This document shows positions 12,701 through 27,656 of a stretch of 64,000 nt of DNA, piece by piece. Source of the DNA: Nymphaea colorata (Eukaryota); contig NC_045138.2 of assembly GCF_008831285.2 (NCBI RefSeq), positions 17,484,001 through 17,548,000 on the forward strand, written 5' to 3'. The notes under the pieces are model-generated. The model was given only the letters and a program-made list of their open reading frames with translations, made no database searches and was not told the origin of the DNA. How positions within the stretch are numbered: the stretch's first letter is position 1; each line of letters starts with the position of its first letter. The position numbers and the translations under genes are program-made.

Positions 12701-15700
12701 CATCATCCGAAAAAAACAAGGGTTGCACAAGTGAGGATCAAAATGACATATTGATGTCAATTATATTAAGATACATTATGCCTAGGTGCCTAAACGAAAG
12801 AAGCCGATCCAATTTGTGACTTGATTAAAAGCAAGAATCAAGGCAACCTCAATACAAGGAGAACATGAAAAGCTTTCGAGGCAGGAGTATGTCCTTAACT
12901 CGTTAGTTGCATCGAAAACTTCTGACATGTAATGGATGTTACTCAAGTCCTATGAGAATTGACCATGCAACTGACACAAGTCCTAATTTATATCCAATAT
13001 ATGCAACTTGTCATACATTAACTCCAGATGACAAGAAGATTCCAAAAATCAACAATAATACACTGTAAAAAGATTATTGAAAAGCAAGACATGAACTATA
13101 ATATGTTACATCAACTGTAAACATAAACAACCATTTCACAATAATTTATCCCAACAAGTTGATTAACTGACAAGTGACAAGGGAATAAAAATTAATCACG
13201 CCAGAAATGTAAAAGGAACATGTATGAGGAAAAATATTGAGGAAACATCGGAAATAATGTTGATTATGCATAACATCATCCTCAATTTAAGCGAAGTTTT
13301 CATGAAAAGGAGCACTACTATGACACAGTTCACTACAGTAAAGAAGAAGAATATATCAGAAACTCTGACCCAAGGGAAGAAAACAAACACAAGGAACAGA
13401 TAAGTAGGTAAATAATTAAGCTAGAAAATATGAATTCTTATTAACAAAGTAGAAAGCCAATAAATAAGTAATCTATCAAACAATTGGCCCTTAAGATGTA
13501 AATCATCACTATACCTTTTCGAGCCATACATCAACCAAGGAAAGGAGTATATTCTGATCCAAGGAAACCCCAACTTGTTGAAGTACTGTAGAGAAAGATG
13601 GTTCTGACACCAAGTGTACAAGATAGTTGGTGTTCACAACCATTATCCTTGCAAGGATGGAGCCTGCAGATGCCTTTACTGCCGCCTTAGAAGGATTGGA
13701 ATCATCAGCTCCACTCAAGCACATTAACATTAAATTCTAGCAAAAAGAAACAAATGTCAAACAAATGTATACATGGAGACAGGGAGCAGCAGACCACGCA
13801 TCAGATGTCTTGAGGAACAATACCTGAAGAACGCTGTTGATCAAAGGAGGTGCATCCTTGGGAAAACACTGCAATTGCAATTAAAACAATTAACATTTTA
13901 CATAAGAATGTTTGAAAACTCAAGTTATGGAAGACATCCATAAACTTTATGCTAACAAAAGCTTGTATAACTTTATGGAATCATGGTTTTACAGCAGATG
14001 GGAAAACTTACAGGTTGCCATCATTATTAAAGCAATCAAGAAGCAGTATTAGAGCATCAAATCAAGTCTCAAGAACTACTAGATGTGAACCTAGGATGTA
14101 ACGCTACCAGCACAGAAAGATGTTAATTAGAAATACAGCATACAGCATACAACCTTCAATTCACACTCTCCAGTGCTATTCCTAAGTCTTAGGAGAGATA
14201 TGCTCCCACCAAATGAAAGCTTTGCAGAATTGATGATCTTCAAGACATACAATGTACATGTCTTCATGTGCACAAGACATGTACACATACACAAGTACAA
14301 AGGCCATGCAACTACAAGGATGAGAGGTTAAACAGAAGAAGCATTATCATGCAACCATAAGAATCACATACAAAAGAAGCTGTGGACCAAGGTAACTTTT
14401 ATCTAAATCATTATCAATCCAAATCCACCCCAATCAATTGACAAACATTTGCAGTCTGTGCAAGTTGAGATTAGCTTCAAACCATGTCTACATGCATCCA
14501 TATAAACATGTACAAATGGCAGCTGAAAGGCACTTGGTAAGACTCTGTCCATCAAAACGTCAGTTTGTTTTCGGGACAAAAAGGACTGCCCCATATGATA
14601 CTTGCAATATTAGGTCTGGTTCAGTCCATTGAACTTTCATGGGTTCTCGCTCTACTTTGCAACAGACCTTGTGGGAAGAGGAACCTTTTGTTAAAGTAAA
14701 AAACTGTTTTTGAATATATTGCTCAATACATGTCATGGAATTGAAAATAGAATGCCTTTTCATATAGTCAGAAACTGCAAAGTATTCAAATAATAACCAT
14801 ATCTACCAATCATCATCCTTCATGGATATGTTTGATTTTGTTTTTTTTTTTTTTTTACTTTTGTATATTGTAATCTAAATATACTATTAAATTTTAGTCC
14901 ACAAAAAGCCATCGCTACATGCAAATTTCTTTTTTTTCAACAATCTACATATGCATACACATGTTGCACATACTAAGCATGCATGATTGCTTTAATTTAC
15001 GTACTGAACCATCATAAGCTATGGTAGTAGCATACACCTATCCCCAGAAGTGGCTGGATCAGGTTGAGCATGTCTGGTTACCAGTGACCATTGTCATATG
15101 TTAAAGTTGACTCCAACATGATATTTCATGCACGTTATGTACATGCACAATTGCATATGATAGGTTTATTATTGAGGACCCATAAAAAGTTAAACAACAT
15201 CCAGATGACGGAAAGAGAAAGCTAACTGAATATTGAAAACAGAACATGATAAGAGGTTCAGGTGAATACTGAAAACAAACCTTGATAAGGGTTTCAATGG
15301 TTTGTAGTACAGGTGGCATTCCCTTGTCATTGACATTGTTGACAGTACCATGTAAAAGCTTAGCCAAGTTCTCGGCATGAACATTCAGAAACTCCAATCC
15401 ACCCAAGACAAGGTAGCATTCAGTGATATTCATAGCAACCTGAAAGTTAATTTCTGAAATCAGAATTCAGAACTATAATTGTGAATTACAAAAAGCAAAA
15501 AAAATAGCATTTTCCTTTGCAGTATCAACCAACAGTGATTTACACAAATTTCCAGTTTAAGTAGATTGCAAGCATAAAAATTTTTGCCCAACACAATAAA
15601 ATCTGCAGAAACTATATGATCAGAAAAAAAACATGCAGACCAAACACATAGATGGCACAAACATTGCTCATAAAAGTACTAAAACAAAGTGCAGGTTAAG

Positions 15701-18700
15701 GACAACAAATAAACAGGAAAAAAGATCAAGAGAAACTAACTTGTAGGTGATCATAGCTCCTTTCCATGATTGCCACAAGATAAGGAAAGAGATCAAGAAG
15801 CTGAGGTACCATTGAGGGTGCTTGAGTCAATGTGGCTTCCCATAGCTACAAGCATTACAGCAATGAATGTGAAATACTTGGAAAACAAAAAACAAAGAAT
15901 TCTCTTAAAGGAACTATAACTAGGCAAATCACTTATGGCATCATTACCAGCACACTGTCTTCCAGAAAGGAGAGTTCATCTGGATTTGCTATATCAATTC
16001 CAAATCTTAGAATGGGAAGCACAACGCTGTAACACATAGGTGAGCGGGAGCCAAGTGCAATCATAAGATTCTTCAGAGCAACCAATAGCTGAACCTGTAG
16101 TAGACTCTCACCAGCTGATTCATCCCATAACTGCCCAACAAAAAGATGCATTTCACCTGGTCAGACAAAGGCCACCTGTTGGTACCATAAGATGATCATA
16201 AAGAACTGCAAAGGCAACATTTATATTAAATAGATAAAATTCCAATGATGCATGTACTGACAAAAATATCAAGTAGAGTCCCAGATTCCATAACATTATG
16301 ATAATAGACAGTCGAAAAAAAAAGAACAGGTTTTTTGTATGACAAGGAACCCTCCTAAGACCAGACCACTTACCAGCTACTTGAAAAGACAAGCCAGGAG
16401 AGCCCTGATGACCATGCTATGAAAACAACACCATATAGAAGCTCAGCACAGTGGTAAGATTGACACTTAACAACTAACCAATATTAATTGGATATTTTTT
16501 GTGACAAGTATATTAAAGGCAAACAGGTGTACATACCAGCTCCATAATCGGCAAATGGCAAATTATAAACCAAGAAACAACCCATAAAACAAAATAAAAT
16601 CCTTCACTTGAAATAGACATGCCTAAATTCACAAACAGTTATGGTGTGCCTATGATGACATAAAGTGTTCTCAAAAACACTATATTTTGGCTTTTCCATA
16701 CAAACTGTCTTTTCAAAATCACTGCCATCTACTCAGTACCCCATACTCTTCTCTTCTCTCAAGCTTTAGAACAATCAGGTCACCAGATTGTGAAGAGGTA
16801 GTGGATGTCGATTATCTGGCTATCAAGCAGATAAATGACAGGATGTGTTATATCATCTGGATTGAGAGTCACTTTGAAGACTACATTTAGATTAGAAGGA
16901 ACTTCCAAGTCTCAACCAGCTAGAAAATGGCTTTTCGGGGCAACTGACATTTGAGATAGACAAATACAAGAGTAGCTGATTCATCATATCAAACTTATAT
17001 TAGGAGATAACTAGATATACAGGTGAATTCAAGTGCCACCAACCAGAACAACATTACTAAGTTAAGCTCAACAGCTTCTACTAGTGTAAGAAAGTAATAG
17101 TGTATTTAGCTTCCATTACGTGCATAAATAAAAAGTCAGACCACAAGTTATATTAAGTGTGTATGAATCCAAAACTAAGAATACTATGCCACCTAAAACT
17201 TTATCATAATAATTAAATCCACTGATCTCTTTAAATCAGACTCTACATAATTAATATGTCCCAACTATCACAACAGCTTAATTAGCTCCTTTGGGGATAA
17301 AAACATTAAAATCCAGTAATCTGCTTGTGAATCTTCTAGTAAGTATATTTCCATCAGATGATATTTTGCAGCAAACTAAAAGCAACCCATATAGGCTTGA
17401 CGAAGAAAAACAATGTATTTGGCAACAGAGGAATTATGTGTTTGGACAACTGACAACTCCATCAAGAAACCTTGTCCTTCTGTTACCAACTTCTTTCCAT
17501 GCTTGTGAAACAAAGAACACAATAGAGTTGAATGTTGACCAAGTCATGCGTTGTTCTAGTGATGATGTTTCATACAAATGAATAACTTCTTGTTAATGAT
17601 GGCAATCTACCTTACTTTGGTGAAAGAACTATTCTCCAAACATAAAAGCTTACAACTGTTGTAGACATGTGTGCAAATATGGGAATCAAACTTGAAGAAA
17701 ATTCATGAAATAGAAGTTACACTTAACCAAATTGATAATAAGAAACTAAGAAAGTGCCCATCGATTATAACATGAATTCACCGACTTCTTCTACCAAACT
17801 AGCCAAAGGTTCCTATTTCTTTGTTGCAACTTCTTAACCAATTAAGGTAATAAGTAATTGAACAAGTATGATTCCCATGTGTGGTGGAACAATGGAACAA
17901 AACAAAGAACAAGAGACTATAGATTTAGAGGTTTTCCAAATAACATTCAAGAAATTACCTTCTGAAAAAAGATAGCCAACTCATTTGCAAATGGAATTAC
18001 TCGATCACCAAGCCGTTCAATGATCAATGATATTAAGTTTAAAACTGCAACCTGCCTCATTTAAAAAAACAGTTACACTTTCATGAAAATGAACCTGCCA
18101 AGCATGTAAAATGGAATATTCAAACAAGACAAGGAGTAAATATAAGAATATTTGATGAAGATTTCCATCATGAGACCAACTTTTTGGTTGTAATGCCAAA
18201 ACAGAGCATTGTTTTTATGAGTTTTTTTTATACAGACTTCACGTTTGCAGACACTTGTCAAATAAGGGCCTATTTTAAAGTGGTGGAGCTAACATGTAAC
18301 TTTTTAGTTGAGGAGGAGAACTAATATGCAAATGTATGTTTTTGGAAGTTAAGGGTCGAATGTGCCCCCTGGCTTATATGAGGCTCCGCCACCTTTTCTA
18401 TTGTCTCACTAGTCACTACATTAAAAAAGCAGACATAATTGAATAAATTATAGTGAGACTACTTTTGTATAAAAGTGGAAAAATTTGAACTTGAGAAACA
18501 TAGGAAAATATATATTTTTGCATATTCTAAAAATGAGGCAATTAACTTGAGGAAACAGTTCGTGGCTGCTGGCAAAAGTGAGAAACATATCAGGAAAATC
18601 AGAACATGAGGCCCTTTTGTGGGTTTACGTCCAAAATAAAAGCCTTTGGATTCCAATATTTAACTGGTAAAAATTAATCTATTGCAGTTCAAAGAGAATA

Positions 18701-21700
18701 TCAAGAAACTCATAGGTGTAAAAATGTCATCCCAAGCCACTAAATTATATGCACCTTAAAGTATCATGATGGAGAAAAACAAATCCAGCATGACTAAGAA
18801 CCTGGGCAAGCGATATCTACAAAATGAAGTTACTTAGGAAAGAAATAGATGGAATAGCGACACCATGTGAAGACCTAAAATGGTGCAGAGTATATTAGCA
18901 ATACAAACCTTTGATTCAAATATTTGAACGTCTTCAAATAACTTGAAACACAGCTTCCAACATATTGGGAAACAGTCGGATGGATCTAACTCGTAAAAGT
19001 TGTCATCCTCAATAAGGCAATACAAAGCCCGAACAGCTGCAAGCTAGGAACAGACAAGAAATTGTCAACTAAACAGCAATCACACCTATAAAATGAAAAA
19101 AATGCTAACTAAATTTTCTACTACTTTTTTATGTCTATTTTGTAAAATAAAAATCACAATGAAAGCCTGACATATATATTTACAAGGAGGGAGCATACTT
19201 TAACAGCCAAATCTCCACCCTGAAGCAAGTTCATCAATGCATATGACACCGGTTTCCTTAAGCCATCTTTGATCTGCCAACAGGTGTGCAAAAAGAAAAG
19301 ATGCAGAATAGGGATATTAATAATGAAACAAAGCAAAATGATAAACAAGCAAATCAGAAACAGGAAAGCACAAGGAGGAACTTCTCTAGGCCAAAAAAAA
19401 ATTTATCTTCCAGAAAAGATAACTGCATATTTACATTGTATGCCATGCTTCTGACAAGCATAAAATATTTTGAAATGCATGGGTTCTAACTGACTATACG
19501 AGAAGCTAAACAGTCAGCATTTTATAAAATAAGTAATGCTTTTGCCAGAAAATTAAACTAAAAGAACATTCAACTTGAGGTTCCAAACCCACTGATTTTG
19601 AAAGACACTACTTGTGCTTCATTGAGACCTAGGACACAACCCAGTGGCTGCAGCTATGCATTAAGTTCTCTACTCTAGCTTGCTAGACAGGGCCTCGTTC
19701 AGCTCTATGGCAGGGCTTTTTTTTCACGTGTCATGTACAACTTTCAGTTTGGTAGTCCAAGGCAGACTGGATACACCTCAGTTTGTTAATATCAGTGCTA
19801 TTCCAACTGCCCAATCTTTGCTTTGTTGGTCCTTCTCAGTTCAACGAAAACAAGTAAGACTATGGCATCACAAAAGCACCTAAAGTTCAAACTTTAGCAT
19901 GACAGGCAACCACATATGGAAGCATGAGTCTGGAGGACACATAGTGATGGTCAAATTTTAGTACACTACTGAAGAGAGTCAAAAACATTTAATACTAAAA
20001 ACACAATTTTGTCAGTCCAGCCATGTAATAACTCCAAAAGAAATCCATGAAAAAAGAATTTGTAATGGATAAACAAACAAACCTCTGAAACCCATTTCCC
20101 CAAAATCCATGCAACCTTTCTATGTATAATACGCTGATTAGGATGGTTATTTGAAAGTTCAAGAGCCAAAGCCCCTTCATACCTACAGATACAGCCACCA
20201 AGAACATCAATGAGGCATGATTGTGAATATTTCAAACTGCAAACAAAAAATCACCCGGAATATACAAAAAGCTAGAGCCTCTGTAAAGATTCATGACACA
20301 GATAATTCTGTAAATAGAGTAGGATCCTGGCTCATTGCTAATGTCCAAATGAACAAGGATGCAACCATTGGTTAGAAATTAGAATACAAACTTCTTCATG
20401 AACTAGTTGAGATAATAGTCCACAAAGTTGACAACATCAACCAATCTATTCACCAATTTCTTTTTGGTTCTTCACCTCAATCGCATATGCATTTCTAGCA
20501 TAACCTCCTGCAGAAGATATTCCTGAGTTTTCAAAATAAAGAAAAGGAACAAATTTACATGCTCAGGATGCTCTTATTTCAAATCCCCTTCCACCTTGTG
20601 TCTTGGTTACTTTCCATCATTCAACATGCTATTCATTCATTGCATAGCATGTAACATGGGTACATTAATTTTGGTGGAGTACCCGTACCGGTCAGGTGCG
20701 ACACTGTTATGGGTACGCCGTCGGACACGGCGCAGGTACAGATCAACACGGACCAGGTATGGTCAACGTACCCGGGTCCATGTCTGTCCAAAAACAGACT
20801 CGATCAATGTTGACTGAGTCCATTTTCGTCCAAAAAATAGGGTTTTTTTTTTCTTATTTCCTTTATAAAACACAAGGCCCTTGACAGGTCTCCAGCGGGG
20901 GCTTTGCTTCACTCTTCTCCACTGCTGTTTGTTGAGGAAAAAGTCCAGCAACCTCTGGTGGAAACTATTTGGGCAAACGTTGGCTGATTTGGGTGATATT
21001 TCTTCAGTCGACCTCCAGCCACCTTCTTGCATCAATTTTATTTTTTTCTTTTTATTTTTGTTCTTAGTAGTATTTTTGTTTTTTTTTCTTCTACTGGTCT
21101 GTCATTTTTAATCTTCTTTGTCTTCTTTGAAAATCATAATCTGCCCTTTCCCTTTATAATTTATATGCAACCATGCTCCACAATACTGAGCTGTTCTAAT
21201 ATTTTATGTATTTGATGCCTAAATCCTGTATTTTCTGTAACCAAGCCATTCCAGGTCAGCATTTAACACTTAGATTCCAGTTCTACAATGTTGAGCTGCG
21301 GTTTGGATGTGAGAATTTAACTGATGTTCATAACTGACTGTCTAAGGGGCTTGCCAATTGTCTATATGTTTAAAGTTTTTCATAGGTTTCTCAAACACAC
21401 TGCTGCAAGAGCCATGGATATATATTTTCTATGTTGTTTATTTGTTTATGTTGATACTTGATATATATATTTTATTTTGATATATATTTTCTAAGTATTT
21501 CTTTGTTGTTAATTTTATATATATATATACACACTGTTGTACTGTCGCACCCAAGATTTTTTAAAATGGTCCATATCCACACCCATACCCGTACCTATGT
21601 GACATAGATTGCATACTTTCCTCTCCTTCATTAGTTTCTAAAGTTTGAAGTAGAACACATCTTTTTTCCTTTGGCATATCTGATGTACTAATTACTTCGC

Positions 21701-24700
21701 AGTTACATGTTTCTTTTTTCAGTTCTGTTACCTAAAAGCCTTCAGCTCTATGATCCACCATAGTTTGGAAAGTTGACGGGATCGGAATACAAAGTGCCTC
21801 AACACAAACCAACAGATATTAGGTGATATGGGACTCTCGTCTAACCACAAGCTACAATAACATTTGAACTGGAAAACAAGAAACGTAAAGCATCTGTCAT
21901 GCATTTGTTAACTACAAGACGAAGCAGAAAAGGAGAAAAAGAATACCAAGCCTTGAAGTTAAGGTATTTTGACAGCTCATAGTATGTGTATCCAGCAGAA
22001 CCATATGCAGCTTCTTTAAGCAGCAATGCAGGTGATATTTCAGACTCCGTTGATGAGCAGCCAGACATAGCTTCATGAAGAATGGAGACCACAAAAGGGC
22101 CCAAGACCTGAAAAATGTGATACCACAAACAGCAAATCATTCAATCCACAAATATACCTTTCATCTCAAGAAATAATTACAACCAACAGATAACTACCTT
22201 AACAAACTAAATGAACAAAGACACAGGAAAAATGGAAACATACATCAGCATGGTTTTCAAAGAAAGTGATGAACAGAGCCTCAGCACATGGCCTAAGTTT
22301 GTCAGTTGTCTGCATCAAATCCTGTTCATGATGAAAGACTTCTGGATCACGATTCCACTCTTCTAGGTCATTTGCTGACAGAAGGAAATACCTAATAAAC
22401 AATTAACATAAATTATTATTACCTGATTCTTCCAACTGGGTACTCCATCATGCATGTTAGACGAAAATCAAAAGTAAACAAAAATTAATTATATACAATA
22501 CCTAATTTGGCAGGATAATATGCTTTAAGTTAAAGCGGGAAGCACTAGGAATCTAGTGTATATTTAGAATCAAATTGGCTCAATGTTTCTGTTTGATAAT
22601 CTACTAAGTTACAATTAACATCATATTTCAACAAAAGTATTATAAACACATGGAACTAGCCAGAACATTACTCCTAGGTTCCACAATAGACTGGATCCAC
22701 TGATGCCTGAGCCTGAATCAAAAACGAAATTCTTTGATGGATGGCCATAACAACGACTAATCTATATTTAAGACAACAAGTTGTGTGTGAAGAAGTTTTT
22801 ATAAAAGAAGAGGGCTTTCACTCATTTAGTGTGTGAAAATCCATTTTCACCATCAAAGGTATAAATCTTCCATTTTTCACTTTTTGTCATAATCTCTATC
22901 ATTTTTTGAATGTGCGGCTTCAAATGACCATGCATGCCAACAGTGCACATGATTACAAAGTGATAATCAGCTAAAACTTGTTTGCAACAATTGTAAGAAG
23001 GTGATTGCCATGAGGATCTCTTAGTCCATTTCCGTCCAAAAATTAAGGTTTTTTTTATTTTTAGCATGTTTGTTACTTTCATACTTTGTTCATTAATTTC
23101 TTCTTCATAATCTATACATTTTCAATCATGAATGTATTGTTTTGTTTGCTAGAATTCTTTTATATATATATATATATATGGATGGTCGTACCCCTGTACC
23201 CAAGTTTTTTGAAAATGCTTTATACTCAACTGGCACATGTACCCGTACCTATGTGACATAGCTCTTCTATCTCTCCTCCCCCCCCCCCCCTTCAAAATTC
23301 TATTTAATAAAACTTTGAATTTTGTATGAGATTAAGGTAACCTTGATAAAAAATATATATATAGACAAATAAAATACTTATACAACAGATTATCTATGTG
23401 TGTGTGTGGAGGAGAACCCATACCCACGTCGATGTAGGAGCAGATGTTGTTTTGCAGCACATGCATGACATAGCATTACATACATAACTAGTGGCTGAGC
23501 AATATGGGTTATGCAACGTTTTTACAACATTGACAACTGTAGCATACCCCGATTCACAATGACCCTCAAATGGGAAGACTTTTAATCTGCAATAGACCAA
23601 TTCTATTGCTGCTAAGGATAGACACACTGTTGGTCTCTTCACCTAATCTGCAATTAAGCATTTCCTGATGTGCAAAGACAAACTTTCATTGAACAAGACA
23701 CAGACTGGCCTAACCAGAATCTTTTCAAATTACGGAAACATAAGGAGGCTTGATCCCACAGCTAGTTATCAAACAGAAAAATAGAAGTTGACCTTGTATC
23801 TGACTTATGTAAGAACTTTATGAGAAATCAAAACTGAGAAATGAGGATGATCAACAACTAATTGCTTCCATCTATGGTCCCCCATGCCTGATACCCAAAA
23901 CACTTGAGATGGCCCATTAGTATGCCATTAGCAGATCCTTGAGGGAAAAAGGTGTACCTTCGTACCAAGATGTTGCACAAGAATACTATACGGTCGCCAG
24001 TTAAAACTGACTTAAGAATAACATCCACAACTTTAGCAAGATTTTTCTTTCTCTCCTCCACAGAAGCCACGCTCCCATTGATGACAGATCCGGTGATAAT
24101 TGGTTTATAATGTATACAGTCCACAACAGACATAACCATAACCATGCATTGAATCAAAAAATGCTCCGAAGCAAGAAGGACTGGTTCAGGATTTATAATT
24201 TTGTTCAAGCAGAACTCCAGTATGGGTGATAGAACTTGCTCCTCACTAAATGAATAAGGATGAGTATTCTGAATCAAGACTAAAACCTTCATCATTTTAT
24301 AGCAGGATGTCTTAATGAACTGCAAGTGTTCATGATTTCCTTCCTGAAATGATGAATCTGCATAAAAAGAATGTTAGACAGACATAAATCTATACAGTAT
24401 GTCAGAAAAATGAAGTTTGTCACAACATCTGCATGATGAAAATATTTATCATGTTCAAAAAGTTAAACAAAAAACAAATGCAAGGAGATTGTAACACATA
24501 ACTGAGCCTGTTGGAGTGAATCAAACATGAGTACATTGCATGAACTTGCAATTTTATATACATTTAAAGTGACACAAAGTAACAGAAACATTTGGTTGCC
24601 AACATAAGCATCAAAAAGAAAAGTTAATGCTTTTTGTACAACTGAGAAAAAAAAAGCACCTTGAGAAAATTTGGCCAGGTTAGTCATGTTACAAGCAAAT

Positions 24701-27622
24701 AATTAGCTGAAAGATCAAAGTACTGCTTGGAAGCTGTAGAACATTCAACAGCATAGAGCCACCAGCCCAACCAAGTCTGCAAGATTAATCCAGTGACACG
24801 CTCTTTAACATTCTAACAGCCCATGATATCAACAGTATGCACTCTTAAGTTCTTAACCATAAGAATCAGCGGTCTCCTTCTCAAAGCCGTATGCTCTTGC
24901 TTGAGCCCGGAAGTACAGAAACCACAGAGGTGAGTTCCATATATGAAGGTATGGAAAATGGACAGGTTAGATATACATGAAATGAGCCCCCTTCCTCCTT
25001 CCTTCTGATTGCCAATCAACACTTGAAAAGCAAATAGATAGAGTACGAGACATAACTAATAGGTTACAACTTACAAGCATGGAGTAGCGAAGGGGCTTTG
25101 AGGCTTTGCACACGAAACAAAGGTACATAGTGGATGATCCACCTTGATGGTGAGAGCCAACAACCAACCTATGAAAATTGGCAATCACCGCTTAACATTC
25201 CCAACTGTATCTCATGTCGAGGTGGACTCAGCTAGTCCTACTAAAAATAGGAAAATTTTCTAAAGGCTTTTAACTTTTAAGCAAGACTATCCTAAAGCAC
25301 ATGCAGTACTGCTTCTCGAAATACGTCTGTTCTAAAACTTCCCTTTCCATCACTGACATGAAATCTTGCTTCCACAAACCGAGAAACATTGCATTCAGCC
25401 AGCTCCACTAGACATGACATGAATCCAGCTTTTTTTAGCCACCCTAATTTGTCAAATTTCAATTGAAGCCCATATTTTCACCAGTGCCATAGAAAATTAA
25501 TCATGAATGCACTTAGAAAAGAAACACCAAACAAACTTTCAGAATTTAAAATTTTTAAAGACATTGGATCTTTTCCCTTCCAAAGAACAAAAGGTGAACA
25601 GTGAACACTTTTAACAAGTAATAGATACTTGAAGATTTTCATATATTCATAGATTACTCCAAAGCTCTAAAAATGTACCAATTTTGTTCTAATCATGCAA
25701 AATATGATAACAAAAAGAATCCACAATCTGGAACATGCAATTATTTGGCTAAATAGATATGTTTCTGATTGGTCTCTTGGTGAATTTTCCGGCAAGCTTT
25801 GCCATGACAACTTTCATTACTTCTCTGATCTAACACACTGCAACCCCAAGAAGCTAGGAGTACTTGCTATGCTCAAAAGAGTCAAAACAGATCAAAACTA
25901 ATATATAAATCATCACAAATATAATATTGTGCAATTCATGCCCGATGAAGAAAACATTGAAAGCATTTGGAATATGTTTAATACTACACAAAGAAATGCT
26001 TTTAATATAAACCAAAAACCAACAAACATAATAAATACACTAAATAATGGCAAAAAAAAGTTAGCTTCTCTCATACGTCTGACACAGTCCGAAGTGCTGT
26101 CATTTTCATCTATATGATATAAGATCCAAATCACACTTACCAAGTGTTTTTTTGACCCATTCACAACCCTAGTCCACCTGTTGGGCACGAGAGAAAATAT
26201 CCTAAATTGAAACCTATGCAGAATCATCTTGAGATGTTGTCCTCATCGTGCTCTTCATTGGGTAGTATCCTTAATAATGATATTTAAAACCACTAAATGA
26301 TATTGCACCACACATGCCAATGTCAAAGGATATTCCTTTTGGATGGGAGGAGCCATTAATGAAATGAAATTGTGAGTATAAGAACTTTCAAACAGTTTTT
26401 GCATGCAGCATGGTGAGAAATGGCAGAAGAATCTAAGGTTAATCTAACAAAGCCAAAAACGAAGGAGCATTTCACCAAACAAGAAACAGCAAGATAGAGA
26501 TATTATTTTAATATGTCAGGTCTACTACGGCATGTTCATCTTGTGGATAAAAGTTAATGTGTTAGTTTTGGCATGACAACATGCAGCAAATCGCAAAATT
26601 ACAAATGAAAAAAATGAATTAACACAGTAGACTTGACAAATGACAAACCATTAGATCTGGTTATGCACATGTAATATAATATAAACAACTACAATTGTCA
26701 CCCTGATTTGATCACTTATTTTCTGTACCTTTCAACTGTTAGCAAAAAGGATAAACAAAAAAAATAAAAGAATTGGCAATTGAGAAGTTTCAGTAACCAA
26801 GAGATAATTTAACTTGATAAGTTCATAAAAGCTGTATGCTTGTTATATGCGAATTTGACTTAATATTCTAAGTTTTCCTCCAGAGGAACCTAACACCACT
26901 AATCAACTTCACCAACGCCACAAACGACTCATTTCTGTTGATAACAACCAAAGGGGAGCATAAACTAACAAAGATACAACTATACAAGCATATTTTAGAA
27001 ACGATTATCATCTTACAGTATGGGAGAAAAGATTGAATGGCCTTCAAGACAGCAGGACAGATTTCCTTGACTGGTGGAACAACCTAGAAGATAAGCAAGG
27101 GTGAATTGACATTACCAAGAGAGGACAAATAAAAGTAGTGGGATGTAATTACAAATCCTGCAAACTCAATTAGGAAAAGAAAAACTACCTGAATAGATTT
27201 AGCATCACTTGGGAATCCAAAAAGGATCATTTGACGAATTATCTTTAAACACAGCAACCATCTTTCACAAATTAACTGAAGATCATCTTGGCCCTCAACT
27301 GCCGCTGCAACAAATGAAGATTGAGGAAGAGAAGAAAGCCTATGAAATATGGTTTGGAAATCCCTCTGCCAAAGACCCCAGCTATATTCCAAAAAGTGGG
27401 AGCATATCTGCAAAAAATGCATAAGAAACAGGTAAGTATTGCTACAATAGGAACTGCAAAGCAGCCAACTCCTCTAAGACGAAAGAGGCCCATGATATCT
27501 TTGACAGTTTGACTACAGCTAAGGATAGAAAACATAAATCAAGAAAACTCAATGTAAAACAAAGAATAAGTAAACGTTTATATGTCTGCCTGTACCCATG
27601 CATATATGTCAATGTGCAGGGC

Positions 27623-27656
<34 letters not shown>

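Noticed and set aside
24700..25490. Possible LINE remnant in importin intron 7 (minus strand, ..FHVSDGKGSF..)
   Set aside because: Too degenerate to support without a search.
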